The position numbers and the translations under genes are program-made. The notes under the pieces are model-generated. The model worked only from the letters and a program-made list of their open reading frames with translations, was not told where the DNA came from and ran no database searches. DNA of 64,000 nucleotides from Selaginella moellendorffii (lineage: Eukaryota; Plantae; Lycopodiophyta): assembly GCF_000143415.4 (NCBI RefSeq), contig NW_003314337.1, positions 817,437 through 881,436 on the forward strand, given 5' to 3'. Below, piece by piece: positions 36,373-49,982 of the stretch. The first letter of the stretch is position 1, and each line of letters begins with the position of its first letter.

Positions 36373-39300
36373 CTAGTCCTGGAGTAGAAGTGGACGTGGT
36401 CGTCTCGAGTGAATCATGTCGATGTCCAAGTCTCCCCCACGAGCTGACCTTAGAACAGAGTCTAGGGGGCGCCATTGCCAGCGAATCTCGCCACCTCCCA
36501 ATTTGCCGAAGCATGGGAGCCACCTAGATCTCCACTCCTCGAGCTGCCTCGGTTTCGCCCTCTCTTTCAGGATGGTGTAGTGAAGACGCACCGCTGCAAG
36601 AGTGAGTCTCCACCATGATACCACCACTGCCGATATTCTCGCTTGTTGCCCATCAAAGCGACAATGGTTCCGCGCCTCCCAAAGTGCCTGCAGTCCTGTT
36701 GCCCTCCAAATGGACCAGCGCTCTTGGCCCAACGCCTCCCAGATGGACATCCCAACTTCAGCCCCTGTCACATCCCACCGGACTCGCATGTTCCATCGGT
36801 GCCGTCCGTAGCAGCGAATACGCCTCCAAGCTGGACCAATGGCTGGGCCTCTAGCTCCCTCAAACCAGTGGAGGATATCCCCACTCCGAGCCTCAAACTC
36901 TAGAATGTCTCCGAGTTCCTGCGTCGCCTTGAAGATCTGTCGCCAAACTTCTCTTGCCACGTCGCATTCCCATAGGACATGACGCGCTGTCTCCAGCTCG
37001 CCACACTCCTTGCACCGTCGGCATGCTTCTTCCTGGAACCGCTGTCCTACCGGCAGCCCGTTATTTGCCACCAACCAAGAGGTGGCCTTGACTTTCTCCT
37101 GTACCGGTAGTTTCCAGAACGCAAGCGTGTTGCCCACCACCTGATTTGCTTCAACTCCTTGCTCGATCCATTTCTTCCAGAGCTTGGGGATCTCCCCTCG
37201 GGCCTCCTCCCTGCTGGTCAAGAGACCATCCCTTGCTTCCTTGACGCCGAAGGAGAAGAAGCTCCTCGCTCCTCGTTTCCATGCTGCAGGGTCCCAGTCC
37301 AGATCCTCGATGAGCTGCTGTCGCCACCATCTAAGAATGCCTTCCCCCTCTAGTGCAGCCAACGATTGAACCACCACCGATTGCTTCGGAGCCTGTCGTA
37401 TAACTCGAATCCTACCCTTGACCTCGTCATCCGTCACCATCGGCATGACCTGTTCGTCCCCTGCTGGCAACAGCATGTCGCCTCTCAAGACTCGAAAAGG
37501 ACGCCCAACATTTTGGTCTGGAGACACAACGAACCATACCTCCACATCCCTGTCCTCCCAAGCTGGTGTTGGGGCCGTGAACGCCCGTGTCCAGGCCCCC
37601 AAGCTACCTCGTTCCCTGTCTGGCTCCACGTCCCGTTGCAGAGCCACAAAGTCTCCAGATTTGAGACAACGCCTAGGCCAGAGCTGCCCCTGCTTCGCCT
37701 CACTCACTGCTCTGATAATGCGAAGAAGATCAAGGTGGACTTTCCTCCACCGTCCCGGGTTAAAGACCTGCATATGCCTCGTAGTCTTCCTCCTGTCCTT
37801 GTCCAGAACCCGCACCAGCTGCTTGAGAGTTCGGAAGCCTGCGCTATGTAGCTTTCTCCAGATTGTGTAGTGGTCCTCCCTGCCCAGCGTCCTATCATCC
37901 AGTTTGAAGATGTCGTTGAAGAACAGGGGCTGGTTCAGCCAGTCCTCCGCTCGCCCTGGCAATTCCCTGCTGACTGGAAATGCGCTCCATAACCGGAGAA
38001 ACCCCTGGACTAGAGTGCCGCCCTTGACTACTTGTTTCGGCCCCTCGGCAAAGAGCCAACGTGGATCTTCTTCCCACGGTCTTGCAGTGTTGTGCTTGGG
38101 CCGGATTGCCAACAAGTTCTGCCTAAACATGAGTCTCCAAGGTTGATTACCTGGTTGAAGGCCCATGAGGAGGATTTTGTACCGTAGCGCCTTCGCCATG
38201 TCACTCGGATCGATTACTCCAAGTCCTCCCAAGACTCGCGGACGTGTTGTAGATTGCCACGCGACCTTGGCCATGCTCCTCCCTGTGACCAGAGCGCCCC
38301 GCCACAAATACTGACGGACCATCGTGCGTACCTTTCTAAGAGTGCGTTCTGGAACAGGCCAGATGGAGAGGTGGTACCAGATGCCGGGCAGAATGATGCT
38401 CCTAGCGACTACCACTCTCGCTGGCAAGCCGAGTTTCCGGGGAGCCCACTTCTGGATTGACGTTCGTACCCGTCGGAGCAAGGTGTCATCCTGAAGTGCT
38501 GCACTGAACCGAGTACCAACCTGGATCCCCAGGTACCTAGCGTCTTCTCCTGGTTTGAGCCACTGGAAGCCGATGTCCTGCCCCCAAGATTCGATGCCTG
38601 GTCGCCCCCAATTTATGCCCACTGATTTGTTCCAGTTAATTGCTGCACCAGCCGCGAGGTTGAACGTCTCCAACGCCTTCTTAGCTGCATCCATGTTCTC
38701 CTTAGTCGCAAGTAGGAACAGAGCAGTGTCGTCCGCAAAAGCACCATCAAGGAGTTCCCGAGACACCCTTGTGGTTCCCAGAAGTTGCTGTCTCGCAGCC
38801 GGCAGTGTGAGTCCTTTAATGCGTCTGCCTTCCGCTAGAAACGTGCCCAGGGCCTCAGCCACAATCAGAAAAAGATAGGGTGCTAGTGGACACCCTTGGC
38901 GTACTGAACGTCCCAGCTGGAAACTCGGTCCCGTCTCGCCATTGATTGTGACTCTGCTTGCGGCTCCTCGGTACAGTAACGAGATCCTAGCGACCATCTC
39001 TCTCGGGATGCCGATCGTGTTCATGCACTCCTCTAGGAACCTCCAGTCCACCCGATCGTAGGCCTTCTCGAAGTCTAATAGCCATGCTGCAGTTTGTTGG
39101 TTAGAGATCTCTGCCCATCTCTGAGCCAACAGGTACGTCCAGATGTTCTCTGCGATTTGCCGCCCTGGAACAAACCCTGTTTGCTGCTCCCGGATGATCA
39201 GCGGCATGACAGCTTGGAGCTTGAGGGTCATTGCTTTGGCGTAGACCTTGTAGGACGTGTTGAGCATGGTGATTAGCCTCCAATTCTTCAGCTCCTGCAG

Positions 39301-40895
39301 GTCCCCCCTCTTTGGAATAAGCGCAATCTGGCCCTCAAGGATCTCACGAGGCAAGGTCCCATCACGTTGAGCATCCCACCATGCTTGTAGCAGCAGCGGG
39401 CCTATGGTCTCCCAGTGCTCCTCGAAGAAAATGGGCAAGAGGCCATCGATACCTGGCTGCTTGTCGTTGCTGAGCTTCCCGAGCGCTTCCCGAAGCTCCT
39501 CCAGTGTGAAGTCCGTCTTCAGTGAGTCGTGCCACTCATGGGGGACTCGCTGGGGAAGGGACGCAAGCACTTCCACCGCCGCCCTTTCCCTCTCTGGAGT
39601 CCACTGCTGGGCCGTATATAGAAGTTGGTAAAACTCCTGGGCGAGCTGTTGCATCCCCTGTTGGTCCTCGACGACTCGCCCGTCACTGTGCTTCAGTCCT
39701 AGAATGGGAGGAGAGTCCGTCACTGGCCTGATTCCCCTAAAGAAAGCCTTGTTGAGAAGGCGTTCATTTAGGGCCCATCCATCTTCCATGGCCCGGACGC
39801 CCTTGCTCCATGCAGCGTACTCCATGTCACGTAGCTCGGCTTCACGTTCATCCAGTATTGTTTGCCACTTGAACTCATCTTGCGTGTTCAGCAACATCCT
39901 GTGTGCTGCTGCGACCTTCTTCCTGGCCAGTCTAAGGTCCTTCATCACCGCCCCTTTGAGATCCTTCTGGCGCGCCCGGAGCTTCTGTGAGCAAGACAAG
40001 AGCACAGGGATCAGCCCCAGCTTGTTCTGCGCAAGAGCGTCGTGTATAAGCGCCACCGGGTCTCGCAGCGTGGCTCTAGTGATTGATCGCTGGACCGCTG
40101 TCCCTTTGTCCCTTTGTCCCTTTGGAGCTGGATCACGCATCTGAGGGGGTCGTGATCTGAGAAGGAGGCAAATCCCAGCCACGTTTTGAGGCTTCCCCCA
40201 TCCTGCCGTATGCGAGATGAGGCGTAAATCCGGTCCAGTCTCGACTGGGAGGATACTGTCTGTCGCCTTGTAAAAGGGTGAGCGTGAGGTGCGAATCCCG
40301 CAGCATGCTGAAGGTCCATGAGCCCCAGTATGTCCATGAGCTGACTCCACTGCTTTTGTTCACATGGCTGAATTGTTTCCTGCATACCCCTGCGATCACA
40401 AACGTCCTCGACCATGTTGAAATCTCCCAGGACCAGCCATTCATCTGCTTGCCCCTGGGCAGACTGTAACACACTCAGCCAGAATTCTGCACGTCTCCCT
40501 TTCTTCGTTGGTGCATAGACGTTGATTATCCCCACCCGTCCAAAGTGGAGGTGAAGGACAAGCAATTGAGCCTTTCCTGGGACGAGGACAAGGTGGTTTC
40601 GTACCTGAGCAGACCATTTGGTTGAGACTACCACTGCTGTGCCCCCTCCTGGTCTGGCCACTGCTTGCGTGGCCGGGTTCCACCAGAGCCGTCCCCTCAT
40701 TCCAAAGGTGTAGTCTGAGGCCACAGTCATTTTGTGCTCTTGCAAGCATAGGATGTCGATATCTCCTTCTAAGCTGATCTCCCGGATGTGGGACTTGAGC
40801 TGCGCCCTTTTGTTGAGTCGACTGCCGGACCAGCTGAGTCCCCGGCAGTTCCAGGTGACGAGCGTGAGAGTTGTCATGGAGCCACGTACTTCCAA
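36373..40895 (-). pseudogene. LINE A2 ORF2, one frameshift
   Basis: Extra 8-bp TCCCTTTG unit at ~40101-40124 splits the APE part (40011-40895) from RT/zinc finger (36373-~40100); otherwise open, with CRRCKECGELETARHVLWEC. Confidence 0.92.
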
Positions 40896-41559
40896 GAGAG
40901 TGAGGAGTTACGGGGTCTCGCCCTCCATTCTGTGGAGATGGTCCACACCGCAGTCATCTTCCCCTTGTGCTTCGTCCAGGAGAAGCCTCGGACAGTGTAC
41001 TTCGCAAAGCCCGTCCACTCAGTGATAGCACTCTCCATGCGTGTGTGGTAGTCTCCAATAGAGACGACCTCTGGGAAGGCTGTGTTCCCGCGGCACATCA
41101 GCCAGTCTCCCGCCTTTGTGGGACTTAATTAAGCTCTATTTCGTTAAAGTGGGAATTGTCATTATCCCACTTGTAAAATAAGGTTTCCAAATCTTTATAT
41201 AGTATATAAATATAACAAAATTCAACTGCATTGAGGCACATGCCATTTTATTTTAAACAAGGAAATGTCTACTTAATCACTTCTCCTCCCCCTGCCACTG
41301 CTTCACCTCTCTCTTCTCCTTGTCATCGTCGTCCAATTTCTTTCCATCCTTTTAATATTGGCTCAGTTGCTCCGAGTCTAGGTGGAGCCCAAGTCCCCAT
41401 TCAATCTTTACTTTCCCCTTATTAATAAAACAACTTCGTAGACTTCCAATAACATGCTGTAAATGCAAATCCTCTCAAAGAATTGTCTTTTAATATTAAT
41501 ACAATGGCATGGAACCCCATGCCATAATAAGTTACATTTTTAAATAAATACATGCCATC

Positions 41560-42422
41560 TCAGACTGTTATTTTTTGCCTCCAACGCCTATACAATAACC
41601 TTGGAATTTCATCACTCTCCACACTATCAGGATTTAAACCCAATAGTAATGCCATCTCTTCTCTAATACGTCCACGCTCATGTTCAGTGGTCGAAGAACC
41701 CATCCGGTTGAGCAGATTATGGAGATGCGGATAGTGCTTGGCTAGACAATATACATGCCATAAATGATGACTGGTGTCTGTTCGATCAAATGGCTTCTGA
41801 TATACCGTTCCATCTGCCATTTGGTTGATTTCTGCAGCCACCTCCTGGACTGGCCGGTTCTCTATCACCATCGCTTCAAGCCGTTTTGCAAGGTCCCCCA
41901 GAACATACGGTTTCTTCTCCCTAGTTTCCATACTGCAAGAGATGGGGTGCACTGCATATGTGTGCGTGTTCGCTGCAGTTTTAATCGGCGAGTCATCGAT
42001 GATGAGGATTTCACTTGACCTAGCAGTCCGGTTCATCACTACAGCCTCTGCCTTGACGAAGATGGGCTTGCTACCCCTCACATGGACCATAGTCAAGCAA
42101 TCCTCCTGCGTTAGGAGAAAGTCAAATGGTAATATTACTCGCGTCTGATCGTGCATCATCTGTAGCAACGTTAATGCATTGTGGCGCATCATGGATGTCC
42201 AAACTCCCAATTGCAAATTGAACCCGGCCCTCTGTTTTAAGTGTCGCATGGTCATTATTAGATCCCGCAGTTTCTCCCGTGTGATTAATGTGAATCTGTC
42301 TCTTTTGACCAACTTGCGACCGCAGGCTTTGGAGGGTGCAGTGACATTCGAGGACGAGCCACGCTCATGGGAGAAAAGGACACCGTTCAGATCAAAAACG
42401 ATACAGTACTTTCACCGTGACT
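41560..42422 (-). CDS. Terminal exon encoding an FCP1/NIF-like HAD phosphatase-fold domain (premature TGA near 42413)
   Basis: KYCIVFDLNGVL upstream in frame with FDFLLTQEDC, KPIFVK, LIIDDSPIK..N...AVHP; preceded by a short GT-AG intron (~42423-42469). Confidence 0.65.
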
Positions 42423-42469
42423 CTGAAATGAAATGCGTTAGCATAAAAAATGGTACAAGTCAATTTTAC

Positions 42470-45400
42470 CATCTACAATATTAGCGAATGGTGCTCCCGA
42501 TGGTCGTTCAGAGGGTTTTGGTCGAGGAAACGTGAAGGGCGGAAATACTCTCCTCTGCAATGTGGGGTCAATCGCATCCGATGGCGTGTGGGCACATGCC
42601 ATTTCAGCTGTAGACTCTGGTACAACTGGCTCAACAGTGGCATGGGGTGGTTCCGATGGCGTGTGATCACACGCCATTTCAATTGGTGCCTCCGTTGGCA
42701 AAGTGGACATGACCGAACAGGCAGCAGGGGTGGTGTAGGGAGGTTCCAACGGCGCGTAGTCAGACGATTGGGCACACGTTGAGTCCGTTGGAAATGAGGA
42801 TACGACCGGCTCGGCGGCTGGGGCGGCCTCATGCGGGTCCAATGGCGCCTGGTCACCGTCAGTTGGATACGTGGACAAGATTGACTCAGTGGTATGGGCA
42901 GCATCAAGTGGAGCGTGGTCAGCTTGCTTGGCGTTGATATGGATAGTAGCCTCCACCAGCTCTGATGACTCTTGCAGGCAAGTAGAGTCCACTAGCGGAT
43001 CCATATGCATGTCCAAATATCTCCCTTTGATTGAGATGGTATCCTCCCGTGCTACTAAAAACAAACTCATTAGCACATTGAATCGACTATACTGTATTTA
43101 CCATCAACTGCTATTGAGGAACTAGGACCGATATCACTTGGGCGCACTGCTGATTCTGAAGGATTGGACATACGTTTCGACCCTTGCTTGGCACTATCCT
43201 TCCTCGACACTAAAGGCTAGAGTTTGTATCTTAATTCAACTGAATAATCTCTACTTACCATTTCTTCTGCGACCTACATGGACAATGTTAGAAATGGTAA
43301 AAGGTTAGGAATGGATGTACTATTATTTACCTGATGGTTTGTCTTGTATGACCTTCCTCCGCTGCTCTTTGGCCACCTCAGGCTGGCCATCGTTGTCATC
43401 ATCGTCATCGTCGTTATTGTGATCGTCACCATTGTGAGGACCATCCAAGTCCTCTTCGTCCTCCTCTTCTTCGTCCTCCTCTTCTTCGTCCTCCTCTTCT
43501 TCGTCCTCCTCTTCTTTGTCCTCCTCTTCGTCCTTCTGCTCTTCCTGCTCATTATCTTTCTCTGGCTCCTCATCCCCCTCCTGCATTTCTTCCATAGGCT
43601 GCTCAGGCTGGATGGCTTGTTTTTCCAGGACCATCTTGGGAAAATCATCTAGCCGAGTCTCCATCTCAAAATACAAGACATCCATAGCCTGTTTTAGTGC
43701 TTGACCTAGGACCGTATCCTCACGCGACTGTCTTAACATGGTTTCTGCACGTTCTTGCACCCTTCGAAGACGACGAGATGAGAAAAACGTGGCCCTGACT
43801 TGAAAAGCATCCCTCATCCATTGTACCTCTCCATTGAGATTGGCGAAGGGGAGTCCGCCATAGGAATCTGAGTCAAAAGGTGGTGACTGGCTCCTTTCAC
43901 TCAGCCCTTGATCTGCAATGAATGGCATGAGCACACACGCCATAACCGCGAGGCATTACCTATCATCTTTTCGTTGCCCTTCTTCCTTTTCGAATCTAAC
44001 GCCTCTGATCCCGACGACTGTCCAACGTGCTTTCGCTTTTTATGACCACTGTCAGTTTGAGCTTGGCTGGTGCTTGCCTGTTTTGCCTTTGAAGAAGTGT
44101 CTCCTGCAAGGAATGGCATGAGACCACACGCCATTGCAAATATAATTTGTACCTCCTTTTTTCCTATTGCTTGTCTGTTTGTCCTTCTTCGACGCGCCAC
44201 CAGTGCGCTTTTCAGTCCTCGTGTCTGAATATTCACAACGATCTATAATCAAAATGGCGTGAGGCCTCACGTGACCTTACCTTGTGCAGGTTGTGAGCTC
44301 GGCCTAACATCAGTAGCTGTTAACGCCGTTTCAGCATCTGGGGGTGGCCACGCTCCTGCATACAGAGCTTGTGAGATAACATTTAAACTTAAAGTGCGTA
44401 CTCACCAGGTTCGTAGAGAAGATATTGTTTTTCTTTGGCAACTGTAATTATATGCTCCATTGAAGTCACCTCTTCAATGGAGTTTGTCACCGCAACACAC
44501 GGGACACCCTTGAGTAGTGCGGCTCGAAAGAATAGTCCGCCGCAGTTGTACTCGACAACGCATTTGCCCTTGGAGTCACCCGCTATTGCGTTGAAGACCC
44601 AGCTGAGCATTTCCCATGCTGCACCTGGAGCTTTCTTTGGATTCGAAAGCTCCATAGCCGTCTTTAGTTCCTCAGGCACGGGTAAATTGACCTCCCTCAG
44701 ATCAATTCGATCGGCCTTGTCGAACGAAGCTGGGAAGTCACTCCAGTCCCACTCTGCTGCAGGACCAATAACAAGGGCGAGTGTGAAGATGCGGACATTC
44801 GTCGGTATCTTCTTCTTAGCCATTATACCATGGATCTCCTGCATCTCCTTGCCTTTCAACCGAGCCTTCACCTCGTTCAAGGCCTTCCAGAACTTGTGAT
44901 AGGATTCGGAGTCGTAGATCATATAGTGGACTGAAGATTCCACCTCCGCAAGTCCCACCATTAAGTCAATGATGGAGCTGACTTCGTCTGCATGAGTGAT
45001 CTCCTCGTTTGTGAAGTCCATCACACAAAAGATGTTCTTGACCTGCTCATCTCCGCGGGAAACGATGCTCCTCCACCTTTGATCCTCATCCAAATTCACG
45101 TATACCCGGTAAGGTTCTCGATAGGCCTCTGCTGCGGGGTCGAGCTGTTTCTGAAGCCGGCGGTCGACATCCCTCTTAATGAAATTTGGATACTGATCCA
45201 ACTTCTCAGCTTTACTTTTCGTGGCATCCCGCAGCAGATCGATGAACTTGGGGGCCCCCTTCATGTAGTCGTCGATGTCTTCATTTGACAACTCCAGCTC
45301 TTCCATCATCTCTTGCGTGGTGTCGATGCTCACCCTCTCCACGGCCACTTGCTCGAAGATCCAATCCTTCAATAGCGCACGAGCTCTCAGAGTCGTGCAC

Positions 45401-47327
45401 AAGTCCTCGTATGTCACAATATGGCTGGGAGTCATTTTGGTCTTGTTGAAGCCTACCTCACCACGTAGAAGGGCATTAGCCACTGTCAGAAGGTCGTCGT
45501 CGTCTAGAGACCGCGAGAAACGCAAGGCGTTGAGCTTCAAATCATTGGGCTTCCGGCCGTCCTCCACACCCATTGAGTTTAGCAACTCCCCGTCATGGTA
45601 CTTCCTCAGCACATCTACCCATTTGTCAAAAACAACTTTTGTCGCGAGTAGAATGTTATGGATGCTGAGTGTGTCATTGACCCCCAGTGTTTTCGAGAGA
45701 AGACTCGAGAATTCCTGCAATGGAAATGGCGTGAGGCCACATGCTATGCCACATGCAACGAGGCTTACCTGCCAGGCGCTAGTTGCTAGTGCACGTCCTT
45801 GTCCTGGTTTTTGTGGCTTCTTCAGTTGAACCCAGAGCTTCCGTGTTCGTGCCAATGTCTCGTGCAGACCCGATTTGTAGCACGTTTCTTGCTTGACATT
45901 CTGCGCGTGGGAGATGTATATGATAGATCGGAGGGGCGAGTTGCCTTTTATCAGGCGGACAACTCTTGTCTTGAAGACTTTCTTCACCTCCTCGCCCACC
46001 ATAATATCCACAACTATCTGTTGCATCGCCAAGCTAGAATGCTGCCCGGAGACGGCATAGAACCGGACGTTCTGATCGTCCAACACCTTCCTATTGATCA
46101 AGTCTGGAAACCTCGTCTCGCCCTTCATTGTTCGGTAGTAGGGGATCACGTCTGCGATGTCGGGTGTTACTGGACTTGCCAGCATCTTCTGCTTCAGTTT
46201 CTCCACCCACTCATCAGATACTAGCCTGTGGTTGTATTTGCTTTGGATCTCGATACGGCTCACGTCGATTGTATATACTTTGTTGGAATAGTAACAAGTA
46301 CTATTATCTGCGACGATTTTTGCTGCCTCTTCTTGCTCTTTCTGCTCTTTGCGGCTCTTCTTTTTGGTGGGTGTAGTGTTCGAACCCGAGGCAATGGCAT
46401 CACCGAGTAGCTTCTTTTTTGGAGCAGCAGAGTCGGACGTCGGCTTGAGCTTGACCACCCTTTTCTGCTTCGGGGTAGTTTCCAGATCGACCCCCTTCCC
46501 CTTCGCTTCGCAAACTGGAGGCACTCTCAACGGCTCAATGTTGGAATATAGTTTTTGAACATCGCCGTAGGTGAGGTCCGTGGATTCCATGTGATCTTCA
46601 TAGACCCGCAGCGTCTTTGAAATTGTGGGCCTCCTGGACAACCTCTCCCTAGCTCCCTCTAGGAATTCCTCATAGACGCTGCCCCCCTCCGGGAAGCCGC
46701 TAGGATGTGCAAGGTGGATCTTGAAGGCGGACGCTGTCTCTACCACAAGTGCCAGTCCATATTCTTGCATGGAACTGCATGGAGTGTCTGTCACTTGGAT
46801 GAGGATCCCCATGCATTCTTTTCTCCCACCATCTGTGTTGTACAGCATCAGATCCTCGCCTTCCATCCCGAAATTCCAACTGGTGAGCTCCTCCCCCTTC
46901 TCTGCATCCACATTGACAGTGGCTGGAAGAAGAACGCAATTCCTCGCCTGTTCAGAAATGCACAACAATTAGAGCTGACAGATGAAAAGCTAGCAGCTGG
47001 AAATAACGTGAGGCCACACGCCATTCACCACTGCATCAGATGTCTTGAGGCTGCATCCTAAGATGGCGTGAGGCTACACGCCATCTGTAACCGGACTGCA
47101 CTCGAGAGCCCAATCGGTGCATGCCAATGTTGCTACTGAATGGCATGTGGCCTCATGCCATTTTCTACTTGGCCTAAAAGACTTACCATTAGAAGCCGAA
47201 TGGAGGCCGTGACAATCGAGGCCGGACTCGCTGGCGAATGTGCACTGTGTGTGCAGCGGATCGTAGCAGCAAGGCTACTCTGCCACTTACAGTTGGAGAG
47301 TGGCGCTGAAATCTCCCGGGACGCCAA
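42470..47327 (-). CDS. Multi-exon cargo gene: ParB/Srx-like domain, degenerate N6/N4 DNA-methyltransferase-like region, acidic tract and Pro/Ala/Thr-rich exon; may continue into the FCP1-like exon
   Basis: Large exon 44406-46947. GT-AG introns at 46948-47186, 45715-45768 (in frame), 44356-44405, 44225-44280, 44104-44152, 43913-43959, 43274-43330, 43210-43258 and 43055-43101. Exon frames not all verified. Confidence 0.6.
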
Positions 47328-48792
47328 GTGGGCTGCGTGTGGGTGGCGGAGTGGGCGGCGGAGTTGGCGGCGAAGTTACAAAAGTGGACGCCGATGCACA
47401 CGAGCGCGATGCGAGCGCGAGTGTGATGCAAGCGCGAGTGGACGCCGATGCACACGAGAAACCTGTAGAGAAGGCGCGAATGTGAGCGTGATCGCGAATG
47501 TGAGCGTGATCGCGAGTGGGAGCGCGATGCGAGCGCGAGTGTGATGCGAGCGCGAGCGCGAGTGTGCGAGCGCGAGTATGAAGCAAAATGCAAAACCTAA
47601 CCTCACACGCGCGAAATGTCACAACGGTTGGTAATCCCGCCACGTCATCATTCCTCGGACTTGGGCGCCACCATTAATTTCTGGATTGCCGCGCGCATGC
47701 AAGCACGCAAAATCCAAAAGAAATCCGCAACGTCATCATTCCTCGGACTGCATGCACGCGAAATCCAAAAGAAAGATCATGATTGGGATATCATTTAATA
47801 CCCTCGCTATATTTATACCATGCATGATTGGATATTCCAAAGCATCTTGTATTTCCAAAAATGGCAGATGTTCAGCTAAATAAAGAAATTCTATCTGTTT
47901 CTATTTTTCTCTCAAATCAATATTATAGCGTGTGGGCTCATGCAATTTTGAACCAAAGAAACCCAAAAAACGTTGGACCCAAAATATTTTGAAAAAACCC
48001 AAAAAACCCTAAACATTTTAAACCCAAAAACCCAGGCGTCCTGTGGCGTTATTCCTTGAATGGCGTGTGGGCGCATGCCATTTTCAGGGCCAAATGCTGA
48101 ATGGAGAAAAATTCCCTTTCAGTGCAAATGCTGCAAGAGGCAGATGCCAAGCACAAAGGACTGTAACTACCTCACATGACACAGATAAACTTTTCTCTAT
48201 TTGGCAAAGATAAACTTTATAGCGTGTGGGCTCATGCAATTTTGAACCCAAAAAATGCACCAAAAAATTCTCGGCGTCATCTGGCGTTATCTCTTGAATG
48301 GTGTGGGGCCGCATGCCATTTTCAGGGGCACATAGGAGTATATTCCTAGAATATTCTGACACGCGCGAGATTTTTTTGAGTTTTCTGGAGATCCAACCGT
48401 TAGATCGCAACTAGATTTTACAGAATGGTATACAATGTCTTTCTTGATGACTCTGCAAAGAAGCATCTCGATCGGACACCACATGAGACCACACGAGCCT
48501 TACAATGTTTCAGGGGCATTTGCCATAGATCCGACCATTATTTTTCTCCAAGATTTTACAGTTTGGTGTGCATTGACCTTTTCATCGACACTGCAAAGGG
48601 ACATCACAATCAGATGCGGGATCACAAGAAACTAACTTCACTAACTCTGGTTTCACCAAGATCTACGTAAGGAGTTATGAAATGAAAGGACCCTCTCTAT
48701 TGAAATGTGTTTATGGTCCTAGGGGCATTGTGACATATCAAAGGATTTTGCATCAAGTTTTGTATTTGCATGTTTATCAAGCTACTGAATTG

Positions 48793-48826
48793 CTAAACCC
48801 TAAACCCTAAACCCTAAACCCTAAAC
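48793..48826. repeat. Interstitial plant telomere repeat, (CCCTAAA) x ~4.8
   Basis: ctaaaccctaaaccctaaaccctaaaccctaaac. Confidence 0.9.
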
Positions 48827-49982
48827 ATGTGGCAAATGCTGCGTGAAGAAAGATGCCCTTTCTGGGCAAATGCTGTAAGAGGCAGATGCCGAGCAGATGT
48901 ATCTCAGGCTAGCAAAGGGGACAAACGAAAGCTAGCTATAAACATGACGGGATGCAAATAGATTACTAGGCTGGTCCTACGAAAATCAAAAACCATAATT
49001 GAAAACATTGAAAATGCAAAAAGAAAGGTTTATAATATTTTTGAATTTTAAGCAACCAAAGGAATGTAAGTAGGGCATGTGTTTGTAAGTTTAAAAATGC
49101 CTCAACCACTTAAATTCCCAAGTAAATAAAGCTGTTTCTATTTTTGGTACAGGTAAACTTTATAGCGTGTGGGCTCATGCAATTTTGAACCCAGAAATGC
49201 ACCAAAAAATGCTCGACTAGCATTATTCTTTGAATGGCGTGTGGCCTTATGTCGAGCATTATTCTTTGAATGGCGTGTGGCCTTATATTGCCATAAATGG
49301 ACGTACACACACAGCATAATTATTCCTTTACACGTCGAATAATCTTGGCGCGGATCGCTGACATGGCATGGCAAAGTTCGAATCACTGATATGGCACAGC
49401 TGGATCGAGGCAAGGACATGATGTGACAAAGTTCAACCTCCGACAGCAAAGTCTAGAAGCTACTCAGTTTGAAATTTGTCAGAGGAATCATAAGATCTGG
49501 TTTGTCAGAGGATTTGATGTGACGTTCAAGCGTGTGTTATTTTTGAATTCTCGAACTCATTCCTAGGTCTATCATTTTTGTGCGCCGTGTTCTTGGTTCC
49601 GCTGAGCGCAGTGAGCGCTGCTTGTGTAAGCGGCGTTGTGGGCTGTGGTTTATGCGTCTACGAGCGGTTGCGGCATTGTGAGCGCCATTGCGAGCGGCAG
49701 TTTATGCGAGTGGCAGTTTGTGTGAGCGGCGCTACGAGCAGTTGCGGTGTTGCGAGCGGCGCTACGAGTAGTTGCGGTGTTGCGAGCGGCACTGTCTTTG
49801 GTGTGGCTACCGCTTCCTCTTGATATTCGGCACTTGTGCTTCCTGGTATGTTCACCATGGAATGGCTTAGGACCACATTTAGAAATGGCATGAGGCCACA
49901 TGCCATCTTGGGCCCTTGCAATTTCATGGCTAGCGTATTGTCATGTATGTTTTTACTTGCCTGCAGCTGTGTGTATATCAAG

